A stretch of DNA of 64,000 nt. Source: Fimbriosthenelais zetlandica. Taxonomy: Eukaryota. Below are positions 13,459-25,855 of this stretch, piece after piece. The translations under genes were made by a program, and so were the position numbers. The stretch's first letter is position 1, and the number at the start of each line of letters is the position of its first letter. The stretch lies in assembly GCA_977030845.1 (NCBI GenBank), contig OZ365110.1, positions 46,438,001 to 46,502,000 of the forward strand. The letters are read 5' to 3'. The notes beneath the pieces were generated by a model. That model had not been told where the DNA came from. It saw only the letters and a list, made by a program, of their open reading frames with translations, and searched no databases.

Positions 13459-14444
13459 TTGAACCCCCAGCGCCCCCCCCCCCCTCCACCCCCGCTTCCT
13501 CCGCCTTGACTAAAGGACATGTATAATAACCACGCTCAAATACCTAACTTCTTAACCTCCGTCATGCAAACATTATATTTGAGTCAACTGATACGCAGGT
13601 GTATCTGTGGTATTGTGTCTAAACCTGTAATGTCTCTCCTCTACCTCTACACCTATCATCACTGGACTTTGAGATCCTTATCTGTGACGAGGTAATAGAT
13701 CTAAACATCATGGAGAAGTTTGATAGCCAATTTTCCGAAAATTGCTTCAATGGAAAATGTTCTAAGGCCTATTACATTATGGAAAGATGCGCTACACCTA
13801 TTTTATTATAGCGCATCTTCGCTATTTATGAAACTGCCCCTTGAACATCCGAATATAAAGATCCTTTCATGGGAAATTGCTTTGAAGAATTCCCTTGTAA
13901 TTTGGAATCGCTGTAATCCATTTTAATGTCGATTAAATGTATGACAGATATTTACCATAATTTAGCCATTATCTAAGGTCCGTTTCACCTCAGACTTAAC
14001 ATGGCTAATCGTTGTTTTGAACTTGGCTCCCAAGCAAATTACAGAATATTCTGAATAGCTACCGTAGACTTCGAGGGGTATAATTACCATAAAAAAAAGA
14101 AGATATGTATATATGTCCAAGTACAAAGGATGTTTCCCCTTCCGGTTGTCTAACATATATACTCTAATAGTATAAACAAATCGATGTGGATTAAGTCTGA
14201 CTGATTTGGTCTAAGAAAATTCCCTTCAAGTCGGAGGTAGGGTACTTGCTTCACAAGTGGATAGCGGGAAAAGTGTTAGGGACTGGTAGTGATAGTGTGT
14301 CGGAGCTCCTTGCCAGTGACAAGCTGTTATCTGATAGGAGAGGATGTGGGTATACAGCTTGCATTCTCTTACATAGTGCTTAGATAGGGCAAGTGAAGAG
14401 TGAGAGCCCCAGTCTCTGCCTTCTGTGAAAGTACTAGTACTATG

Positions 14445-14760
14445 AATAGAGAAGGAGAGTGAGAGGGAATGAGAGGAGGGGCTCTCCGATATAGAAGGAG
14501 AGAGAGAGAGGGAGAGGAAGCGAGAGAGGAAGCGAGAGAGGGAGAGAGGAAGGGAGAGAGGGAGAGGAACTGTAGAGACAAGCCCTGAGAAAAGAAGGCA
14601 GATGGTAGCGAACGAAGAGAGAGAAAAGAGAAAGGTACAGGGTTGAAGGGGGAAGACAGGGGGAGTAAGCAGAAGAGGGAGGCAGAACAGAGGGAGGTAG
14701 AAAGAGAAATAAAGAAAAAACAAAGAAAGAGAGAGAGAGAGAAAGATAGAGGGGAGATGG
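14445..14760. repeat. (GA)-rich low-complexity tract
   Basis: Purine-rich GAGA/GGAGA runs. These generate the spurious 183-aa minus-strand ORF. Confidence 0.9.
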
Positions 14761-15408
14761 TTCCTGTTTTTATACATATCTTACATTTATTGGATTATTG
14801 GATTATGACAGGAATACTTCCCACCAAATGATAAATATGAACACTTATATCTCAGAATGTGCCTCCGTTTGTCAGAACGATTTTGCATGAAATTCCTCTC
14901 TTACGAACAGATAACATTTGGAGATTATTCTAATGCATTGCCAAAACTACCTGACATCTCCACTTGATATCGTAAACCACACTTACATCCTACTATATTA
15001 TATACTTTCTATATTCTGTGAAAAATAAGACGCTTGCACATTCTTTTGTATGAACTGCATATCATCAGGATTAAGTTTACACATTGTACACCAATTCTAG
15101 AATCTATGGTTGTATGCCATGGTCTAATAATGAGAAGCATAAACGTATCAATTGCTGCCTTTAGAGTTGCCAGTCAAGGTGCCAGCAACGTGTTTCCTCC
15201 CTGTGATATGACCCTGGCTGCATGAGATGAACCGACGAGTGTCTCTTTCCTCGTCAGTACTAGTCAGATGAATAATTAGAAAGATATTTCTTTTCCAGAG
15301 AAGAAATATCACATTCAGAAGAATGTATCTGTCATTCAGTACCATGGGTGGTACTTTTGTAATTGAATCAAACATGTGATTAGTCTTAATTACACCAATT
15401 ACGCTTAC

Positions 15409-15462
15409 ATCTGATAACATGCCATCATTGTCAAATTCCATGTGGGAAAGACAATATAATTC
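15409..15462 (-). CDS. Candidate 54-nt internal exon (ELYCLSHMEFDNDGMLSD or NYIVFPTWNLTMMACYQ)
   Basis: Acceptor actcactctattacag, donor GAT|gtaagc, length a multiple of 3, two open frames. Confidence 0.35.
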
Positions 15463-15788
15463 CTGTAATAGAGTGAGTGTGATGGGACATGGATGGTAAT
15501 GGTACATGATGTATAGTATTTCACACCATCATTAAGCGGAGTATGTGCTCGTTTATTACTGACATTGATGACCTGATAATTATATGGTGCGTTAAATACC
15601 TGCTGTTTTATATCATGCGTTTATACGCCAGCTTAATAAGATGTTGAAATATCTCCTTACTTTCAAATTTCTTCTACAAAATGGGAGATTAAACTTTCTA
15701 TGTCCTATGTAGATTTCTATGTAGATTTTTGGACATAGGTCCTCGTCAGTTCGGCTCGGCAACTGATATACAATTGACGTAAATTAAT

Positions 15789-16020
15789 AAAATGGCTCAG
15801 TGGACAATGGGCTTCAATAACTGCCAAGAAAACAGCTCAGTGGACATTGGGCTTTAATGGCTGCCAAGAAAACAGCCCAGTGGGTGCTGTGTTTTAATCA
15901 TGACTGTTGACATCAAGAAAATGGCTCAGATGGCGGTCGAGAAAAAAATGGCAAAACGCACATTGTACTTTCATGACTGTAAGAAACAGCTCAGTGGACA
16001 TTATGCTGAAATGACTGTGC
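15789..16020. repeat. 40-bp minisatellite, decaying to the right
   Basis: AAAACAGCTCAGTGGACATTGGGCTT...CTGCCAAG units at 15789, 15829 and 15869, with degenerate copies at ~15918 and ~15984. Confidence 0.85.
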
Positions 16021-16584
16021 TGAGAAGAAGACCATGGTTTCAGAACGACCATTAGTAATGGAACACTTTTGCTCTGAAACAGGCCCCTGTTCACCAAGTA
16101 TATAGTATAGACAAGATATTTGTTCAGAGAGTTATGTAATTGAGATGTGATATTATTTCGTCCTCTCGTAATAGATTCACCCCATTCTATAACAAATCAT
16201 TTTGAGTGTCTGAGATTGCTATGATAATATGATAATCACGCTAAAGTGCATGCAATCCGATGTACCAGACAAAATATGAAAAATGGCCAATGAGAAGAAG
16301 TTTTTCTTTTTAAGAGATGATAAATACTTGGCGTCTCTGACTTGTAGCATAGATTATTTATGCTTTTGGTGAGTCACAGGAAGTTCCCCACCATACCATT
16401 ATGGTCCCATACGTTAAGTCATATATCTTTAGTCCATAGAATATTCAGATGATGTATTCACACACTTAGAAAGGTAATTTCTCGCTGGAAACATGGCTTC
16501 TAGTGTATTATTTATCAAAAAAATCTGTCTCACGTACTGCCATCTTGATTCAGAATGTCCGGTATTATTGTGTGCAAATCTGGA

Positions 16585-16843
16585 GAAGGGATAGTGAGTG
16601 GGATGGAGAGGGAGAAAGGAGAGGGAGAGATGATAGGGTGGGAAAGAGAGAGTAGGATGTAATAGGGGAGGGAGAAAGGAGAGGATAGCCAGAAAGGGAC
16701 AGAGTGATTAGGAGAGGGAAACAGAAAGAGAGAGAGGGTGCGAGAGAAGGAGAGTGGGAGAGAGGAGAGAGCTATTGAGAGAAGGAGATAGGGAGAGAAG
16801 TAGAGAGAGAGAGCATAGAGGGAGAGACGGGGATAAAGGGACA
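16585..16843. repeat. Purine-rich low-complexity tract
   Basis: GGAGA/GAGAG runs. Confidence 0.9.
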
Positions 16844-18683
16844 GATTAATTTAAACTGTCATATATTACGTTGTTGATTATTTTCATGTTTTTTTATCCA
16901 GGACCCAAATTTGATAGAGATAATACAGAGAGCGAATAATGTTCAATGATTTGAATAATGATGCAACCCTTAAGGCTTTGCATCATGTCTATTTAGTATG
17001 GAGGGCCTGCATCAACAAGGGGCCCTTTTCACACTTGTTGTCTGAAGGTAGCAGGTGATTCTTAACCTTTCTCCCATCCCCCACCTTTAAATTATACCAG
17101 CAGGTCCATGATAAGCGCGTCATAACACGCAAACTGCTATAACTATAACCATGTTATTGCCCTCCCAGTCATCTTTTTCATAGAGATACATTATGTAGTC
17201 CATGTCTTGCTCTGCAAAAAGTAAAGGACCAACTCCAAGATCTGTTTTTCGTTACTGCTAAGCCTCTTTGTTTTTGACACATTTGGAACAGTGTCTGTGC
17301 ACTGAAAAAGCTGTATTCCATTGGATATACCGTACAAGCATTTTGCTTTGGAAATCTAATTTACAATTAAAAACAATCTATTTCGATTAGAATTTCATAT
17401 TAAAAGCAATGTAAAAATTGATGCTGTATCTTGACAATAATATTACAGTGTATTTGGATTAATATATTATTTCCTCTAGACTATCTTCAGTTTTATGGGG
17501 TTTTCATTGATATAATTATTTGAGGCAAAAGGAGTTAATTGTGAGCAAAACATTCTTGGACTGACTTAAAAGTTAAGAGTGATTTGTCCAACAATAATGA
17601 GTGATAGTTACTTCCATGGACCACAACTCTATGCATGGACTCACAATAGAAGTACAGTACCAGGGTGAAGTAATTCACAAGAGGCGAGTGCAAAAAAGTA
17701 AGAAGATTGCCTTCTTGGGAAAACACAATGCTTTGTTTTATGACGGCACATGTGTTGCTTCTATTATACAGTGGCCATTTTCTGACATGTCAGACGTTGG
17801 GTCATAAGCAAGGCGAAATTCCATCGCCTGCTTAATTGTTACCTGGCATTCTTTTTCTTGAAGGGTGGCACTATTGTGACTTTCAGTTCTCTTTTCCCTG
17901 CGGGGAATTTGTGGCCTCCGGATGTCAGACGATGCAAAAAAACAAGGTGACGATTTTATGATATGGCCATGTCGGGGGTGGACGATAATTGGTGACTGTC
18001 AATGCCAATGGATGGCAGAAATCACGCCTCGGGGGCGGGAAAAAAGGCCTTTATTAAATTCAACATCCCCTCATCAAAGGACATGGGATCAGCTCGTACT
18101 TAAAATGGTTAAAAATAAACATTTTTCGGAGGTAACGTGTCTGTGGGCCGTACAAGGCCGTAGAGACATTTTCAGGTTTTGGTTTGGGCATTGTTTGTTT
18201 TATTCCAACCTTGTCCTTATTAATTATTTTGGTGGCGCGAAGCATGTTTGTTTCCCGTTTCTGGCAATCTGCAAGGTTTGTGGATAATGAAGAATACAAA
18301 ACAAACGGAGAGTTTTCCTTGCTATTTGTGGCTTATAGAATGCAGCTCTTGACTGAAATTGACATAATAGCGCATGCAGGCGTCACTCATTTTCACCTCC
18401 ATATTTTTGCTAGTGGTGTCATTATGGACACCTCTCCCTGTTAACTCAAATTGAAAACTAGGTCCTTGAAATTGATTAAACTGGACAATGTTCTGTTATT
18501 TTGTCCAGCGCCATTCAATTAACGGTTCCCATACGTATGGACGTCTTTCTCTACGTGCAAACAACATTCAACAATGACTGCTTCTAGTGAGCCGACTGCC
18601 GCCATTATTACTAACTTTGTAAGCCACGGTCCCCCAGGTCATGCATTTACTTCACGTTGTATAATCCATTAATAAAATTAAAG

Positions 18684-18756
18684 GCATTTAAAACTATTTC
18701 TAATAGCATTTAAAACTATTTCTAATATTTAAAACTATTTCTAATAGTTTTAAATG
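18684..18756. repeat. ~22-bp tandem repeat x3 ending in a perfect hairpin
   Basis: ATTTAAAACTATTTCTAAT x3. 18727-18755 is ATTTAAAACTATT-TCT-AATAGTTTTAAAT. Confidence 0.85.
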
Positions 18757-19732
18757 AATGTCCTCTCGTTGGCATGTATTTATATCCAATACCCTTGAAC
18801 GATGCCATGGTTTTATATCGAATCGCCCAGGAACCCTTCCCTGTCTCATGGGGACCATTTCACCAGAAAAGACCATTGTATACGTTAACCTATGAATTTA
18901 ATGTTGACTCTCGTTTTATGAAACATACCCCAGCTTTGCATTGCCCGCTCTACTTCGGAGGTTAAACAAACATGGTTCAGGGGCGGCTTCTTTTTGCCTA
19001 TTGTCACGCGAATCCTCGGGGATTTCCGCGTTACCTTCACAATAAATTAAGTGGGCTTGTAACAGGTTGGAGGCAATGTATAATTGAAGAAGGTTTTCGA
19101 GGCGTTTGAAAAGGTGGGCGTGAGGAACAGAACGTCTGCATTAACAGCTTTTGAGGCCTGTCATCTCTGTTTGAGAGGGTCATTCATGGCTCTGATGTAC
19201 TTTTGACAAGGGGCCTGAAGGCTCTTAAATTGACAATAGTACTTTCTATTGTCATCTATTGTCCCAGAGAAGGGTCGAGTGTAGGGGTACCTAAGCCCTG
19301 CCTATACTTGGTGCTCTCTGACATGCAGCTAGCCTTACAGTTGGGACTATTTACCCCTCCAAGAAATAAGCCTTTGGTCATTTAATTCTTATAGTATTCA
19401 TAGAGTTAGTGTCAGGTTTCTGTCGAAGGGCATTGTACAACCATAGGCTAAAACGTTGTTGTACAACGGCGATTAGTTCATTTGTGTACGCATCATGTGA
19501 GATATATAATTTGAATATATTACATAAGCTTTGTCAAGAGGTATTTAGTGCTTGTTCACCATGGTGAAAATCCAGACTAAATATTGTTGAATTGTTACCG
19601 GTAAATGTCTGGGCAGGCATAAAATATATGAAAAGCAAATGGAACCAGCCGAGAGGGAAGAGTGGCTATTGTATTTTGTAATAGCTGAAAACTGGGGGAA
19701 ATAAGAACTAAATGGAGAGGGCTTGACCTCAC

Positions 19733-19784
19733 CCTGGTATGCGTTGATCCTCTGCAAACAATTTTTCCCCTGGAACGCTGTTAA
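19733..19784 (-). CDS. Candidate 52-nt exon
   Basis: Acceptor cacactctaatgcag, donor AGG|gtgagg, two open frames (VNSVPGEKLFAEDQRIP or LTAFQGKNCLQRINAYQ). Confidence 0.2.
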
Positions 19785-22558
19785 CTGCATTAGAGTGTGT
19801 AACATTCCTAGCCGCGGTGAAAAAGGCTTTTTCTATCATTTTTATGATCTTTAAACTCACACTCCATGTCAGTTTATCCATTGTTAAACAGCAAACCCAC
19901 ACCCTCCTGCACAGAGCCCATCTCTTCAAGAGCATGCCCCCTAGATGCAAGCTTTGGTAAAAACATGTTGAAAGTTGGGAGGTAGGTGGGTGGCCACTTC
20001 GGTCCTTTCAGAAGAAAGCACCGACAAATAAAACATCAACAAACAAAAATGGATCCAATAAAATTGGAATTAAATATAGATTCTCATGTCCTTTTGTAAA
20101 CTTTCAACAGTCCTTTTTATGTCTTTATATCAGTTCATATGCTTATTGCTCTTATGGTATAGACCCATACACAGTGTGTTTATATCGTTCCCAGTGTTCA
20201 GAAACTGTTTGCAATTGCAGTTCACAAGGGGCTACTTGTTTTTTTCTATGGAACTGGTCTGAAGAATAATATATTCGGGAGAAAAAAATAGACAAAATAC
20301 TGATTGTGAAAAAAAGTTTATGTATGAGTTAGCCATATTGTATTTTATCTAATCATGATCATTCTTTACTTCATAGTTAATTGTTCTTTGAGAACTCAAA
20401 ATAGAATGATTTGAGAATTTGAGCCTACCTATAGGTCTTCTGCTTATCGGATTCTAAATGCTTTACATATGGCTATATAATTTAGTTAATGTAGTATTTT
20501 GATATCTCTAATTTTGCAATTTATTTTTTTAAGAATATAAAAGGGACTATGCTAATTAAGGAATATATTCTTTATGCTATAGACCCTTTTTACGGGTAGC
20601 CTATGACTTAGAGCCTTTTATATAGCTATTTGTTATGAACTATAGAGCCTTTCATGTGGCTATTTAAGGAGATCTAGTCTCATCCCAGTGATTAAGGCAT
20701 AGTGTCCCCCAGGGGATAGTGGATTCTAGCTGTCTCCTCACCTGTCTCCAGATGATAAACAGGAGAAGCAGCTGGTATGGAGCACCTGGAGGAGCAGCTA
20801 GCCTTGACAGCCCCCTCTACCGTGATAATCCCTCTCCAAACACATTCCTCTTATACTTCCACTGTCCTCCCACTCAAAACTGGTGGTCACACAAACACCA
20901 GGGCTTGTTTCATAACAATAATTTAGCCTATATGGTTATAAAACAGGCCCCACACCCACAAACCAAAAGAGTGGCTTTTGGAACCAATCACTTACTTGTA
21001 AGAGGATATGTCTAAGAAAGTCCCATGAGATTATTCATGAATGTCTTACAAAATCTGTCGGTGATTGTCCTCAGAGCTGTCCTGGGTCCTTGCCACTTCA
21101 AAGTCTGCCTGGTGTGAACACATCATCTTTTTTCTCAGATAATATTTTTTGTTGAGGGAAAATTAAAACGAGTAAAGCCCTCCTGCAAACCACTTCACTG
21201 CATGGCTATTTTTCATAAGGTAATTCACCCAGCTCTCTTTGACGCCCTAAAAAAACTCCCAAACACCAAACCTAAAACCCTGTTGTGGCCTGAAGGAGAT
21301 AAAAAGGAAGCTTCTAGAAATGTATACAAAAAGGCGCACATGAGCCTATAGTGGATGGAAGCATTTATACCTCGAGTGTGGCGCCAGTGAATTATTTACA
21401 GACAATAGGAAGAAACAGACTACAGTAAACATTGGGCTTGTATCTGTCGAATGGCTTAACGTTGACGGGGGAATAATATCGTCCATTGGCATGCTGCAGT
21501 ACAGAGCATGCCTGATGCTACCTCTCAGTGGTTTATCGTGCTAAATTGTTAATGAAACCAGACGTAATTAACATTGACACGCATCGGGTTCCCCGACTAC
21601 TTGTTTTTTTTGTGGGATTCCTCTTCATGCTTTTCACAGGTCATCCATTTTCCAGTTGTTGTTTTTTTTAGTTTTTGTTGATTCTGGCTTAGTTCCACTT
21701 CTGAAAAATGTTTAAAGCATGATGGGATATCTGTTATGGGTTGATGTATTGATGGATAGATGAGGTATGGTAATTTTTAGACATAGTGATATCTCTTAGT
21801 TGCCTTGAATGTCTTTGCAGTAGGCCTATATTATAAAATGTAGAAGTACTTGTATGTGCATACTGCTTATGTAACCTTTGACTGTCATATTTAACTCAGG
21901 ACTCGCGAGTAAATAAAAAAGGTTAAAAGTTTCTTTCCATTGCAATGTTCGAATTCAGACTAATAATTGATATAAAATTTGATCATATCATGATCTGCGG
22001 TAATATCCAACTGAGTAGAATCCACATTGTCCGAAGTGCTCAACATCTAAAAAGAACAGGATTGAGAGGGTGATTGCGTTTCTTTGTGCCATTTAAACGC
22101 GCACAATATCTGTGATAGATTCATAGAATGGATGTTTAATGCAATGTTTTTAAAAGGCAATAATTCCTTCTTCTTGAATGTCTTTGAAAGTTGCATGGAA
22201 AGTTGAAGTTTTAAGAAAACTTTGGACAAACCTTGAGAAGGAAACGTGATATTTTGTATGGAAATGAAGAGAAGTTATGCCTCATTGCAATGTGTAATAA
22301 TTATCTCAATTGGTAGGTAATTTAGTCATTTATTTATCAACAAGAGGGACTCCATTCAGGCCTAGTTTCTATGTATAGTCACGCTAATGGCTCGAGCTCC
22401 GCTTGCTTTTATGTGTTTACAGCTGTAAGTAACTCCAGACAAAAGGGATACATTTACTTGTACTTCTCAGCTCAAAGTGTATTGCCTATCCGAACTGGTT
22501 TAGATAAACTGACAAATGTATTACCAAACTTGGTCTCCAGTGTTTCGTAGGTCCAGTC

Positions 22559-22820
22559 TTTCCAGGTCTTATGATAAGACCTGGAAACACTTATCCCTTA
22601 TGCAACCTGAGCCGTACGAAACACAGTCTGCAGAGGACCAAACCGTTTCTGCTAGATGCAGCAGTCTGCAGGGGATATGATGCAACCTGAAATAGAGCTG
22701 CTTAATCCTGCAGTGGAGACTAGATCTGCAACCTGCAGGGGACTGCATGGACCCATGCATGAAACCATTGAGTCACAGTCTATTATGCAGGATGGATAGA
22801 GACTACAATGCAACCTGCAG
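22559..22820. repeat. 29-nt palindrome followed by degenerate TGCAACCTG/CTGCAG repeats
   Basis: TTTCCAGGTCTTAT-G-ATAAGACCTGGAAA at 22559-22587. TGCAACCTG at 22601, 22681, 22727 and 22809. Confidence 0.7.
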
Positions 22821-25557
22821 GAGACACTGGATCCATTCTGCATTAGACTGCATTATCCATAGTCTGAAGCAGAGAGGGTCCAATCATGGGTGGGACCAAT
22901 GATGCCAATCACTGGGGTATACCCCACAGAGGTTTTTTTCAAACTATCTTTATCCAAATAAATGGACCTTCACAGTAGATGTTTTTCACTCGTCCCTTTA
23001 CCAATGTATTTGTTATGACACTCATATTGAATTTTTCTATCAAGAACTTTGTCCCGCCTCATCGATCCTAGAAGTTTTCGAATAAAAACGGGAATAAAAA
23101 CAAAATGAAGAAAAATACAAAAACTAATATAGTAAACCTATATTGACGGATCCAGGCACTTTGACTGTTGGCTTTGTTGATATCCATCGCCTGGCAACAC
23201 TAGATAACATACAAAGACTGCCTGGTTCATCTCTGATCTCTAAAAATATCCAAAGTCAAAAGGGATCAGATGAAAGATTCTATAGGGAAGTTAGCCTGTC
23301 CTTAGATATCTCCACAAGCTTTGATAAATCATATCTCAGACCACAAGGATTGATTTCAACAAGCGCTGGCCTTTCTGTTGTTGGCTATAAATGTGAATGT
23401 TCGTACTGGTACCCCTTGTCATCGATTCTTTGATATACAACCCTTGGACCAGTATTCTTTTGATTCTGTTGGTTATTTAAAATGATAACAGAAGCAAATG
23501 CAGTCTTCCTTCTAGTACCCCTCATATCTTGCCGGTTTCTTATTCTGACTTTAAAGGTGACAAAGGTGAGATATGTTTCCTTATAGTAGTTGAGCTCCCT
23601 TTAGATGTTTTTATTTGGAATTTGTCAATTTGTTATTATCCCATTTGAAACCAATGTACAGATTCACATCGTAGGACTGATGAAATATATGTATGTGTAA
23701 CATACGTGAAAATTCAATTACATTTTGATATATTTGCCAAGGACTCTTGCAACAATGTTGCAGATACATTGACACAAAGTGGAGAGACACTATCCTGGCC
23801 TTTAGAGTAACTGTTGACATTCTATGTCCGATTTCATGCACCCACATGGATGGATAACATAATTTACATCACCATCGCTATAATGGGTCGGAGGCCTCCA
23901 ATATTTCCCTTAATCAGAAACAAATCCCAATCCTGTGAAGTTTAGATAATTTATGCAAAGGGTGGAGTTTGGAAGTGTCAAAGAAAGGAGAAAAATTAAG
24001 CTTTGTAAGCAAAAACAGATCTTTCCTCTGTGGTGATACTGCGGTACTTAGTCTAAATTCATGATCATGCCTACTGAAATTGAAATTATATACCCCCATG
24101 GGCCCACAGGGTCGACCGGGTCACTTTGTTTATGTCAAAAAGCTTGACTCCCAAAGGTCAGTATGTACGATCGGATTTCACAATATTAATTCTAAAGTGT
24201 ACCAGGTGAATTCACACATGTAGTGCTTTCCATCTTCCCTATACATGTGCACATATCTGTGTGCGAAATTTATGAGCCTGAAAATTGTTTTGATATTGAA
24301 AACATTGGGATGACGCTGATGTTCGAGTCTTGACAGAATTATGACTGGGTGCCACTGGGGTGATATAAAACCGATAAAGCCAAAATTTCACTTGAGACTG
24401 AAACGATATTCTTAAATTCGATATCGTCGGTTATTGAACCGATCTTGAGGCCATTATAATGGTCCACCAAAGTGGTTTTCGGTCGCACTGCTAGTTTTGT
24501 ATGGACTTTTTATATACTTCCTATATACCGACAAAAACCGCTAAAGTGTGTTCCCACCATAGGCGATAACCGTGTTCACTTAGATTGGTAAACTTTCTCT
24601 CCAGTTATCAATACAGATTTCTACCCAGTGGAGACTGGACATTAACTATAGATACCATGCACAAGGCTGGGAAATGATCTTCGCTACTGTCACATTACAT
24701 ATGCTCCGTGATGGTAACAAATCGACTTTTGAATAGGAGTCACTGATGAGCCTCCCCCAACATGCCCCCTTCCCACCCTTATCAAAGGCGTATCATATAA
24801 ACAATTCATCGCTTGACACTGCGAGCATGATACAGTATTTATTATTGCACCCACACCGTCCTCAACAATGGAAAGTGTATTATGTACACAGAATCCATTG
24901 CTCGATTAAAAGCTGATGTGCACTTGATACCATCGCAGTCATGTATTCCCATGTTATCCAAACGATATTTGAATGTTTGGATTATTCATTGGTTTATGGT
25001 AGTCTTTGTTGTCGAAATGTGGCGTGATATTCCAACTAGGCCCATAAACGTTCACAAATATGGCATCCATGATCTGTGAATTGTAGGCCTATACTTTCGC
25101 TGAATCAGGCTTTTCTAATCCAAGATAATTATTTTAATAATGGATTTCAGACATACTGGAAAGGATCCATGATTATGTAAACTTGGGTTTTATTCTGAAA
25201 AAAAACTGCAACGTTATTCGATTCATTTATCAAAACCTCATAGACTTTGCATTAACCTTTTTATGAAACAGGGCTCTGACCCCATGAAGTCAAAATGTCA
25301 GCATGAAATAATCATTGATTACTTAAAAATAATCATATCGATGGTTTAGTAATCAATGAATTGATTGGATGTTATTGGATATTCAATCTGGATATGAGCT
25401 GAGCTAGCATGCAGCGTCTTCTATTATTAGCTTCATTCAGGGCATTAAGGCATCGGGAAACCAAGACGATTTTCCATTCAATTTCTTTTAGGCCTAAATT
25501 GTCATTATTTTAAATCATGGACTCCAATGATTTAAAATACGCCAGTCCTTAGTTTAC

Positions 25558-25855
25558 CTTTCCCGAGGTATAACCACCACTGAAATTAAATCCTTTTCTT
25601 GAAAAGAAGCTTGGAATTTGGTGGTCATCGAATGGACGATCGGCATGGTGTGTGGGGAGCTTATAAATGATGGATTGTATTCTCGTGTGAATCCTAGGAT
25701 TTGCTCCAGTGATACACTGCCGATACGAAGATCATGATGAAGTGTGCTACCCTCAGGGACGCCTTTATAAAGGTCGAGGCTAAAACCTCCAGGATTAAAT
25801 CTCAGATATTTTGCATCTGGTCTCAGCACCTGTCGATTAATGTATACCGTCTCCA
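25558..25855 (-). CDS. Internal coding exon (phase 1 to 2) of an unidentified gene, 98 complete codons
   Basis: Acceptor ttttctcttcaaaaatcggtttag, donor AAG|gtaaac with an in-frame stop immediately inside the intron. Complex, non-repetitive peptide ETVYINRQVLRPDAKYLRFNPGGFSLDLYKG...VSLEQILGFTREYNPSF...VVVIPRE. Confidence 0.6.

Noticed and set aside
14226-14777. Longest ORF (183 aa, minus strand)
   Set aside because: Read-through of a (GA)n tract with Leu/Ser-only composition.
14989-15017. Minus-strand 29-nt exon-like segment with strong splice sites
   Set aside because: Stops in all three frames. At best it is non-coding, with no supporting context.
23557-23565. 9-nt microexon-like GTGACAAAG
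   Set aside because: AAG acceptor is weak, and CTTTAAAGG may simply be a TTAA-type element end.
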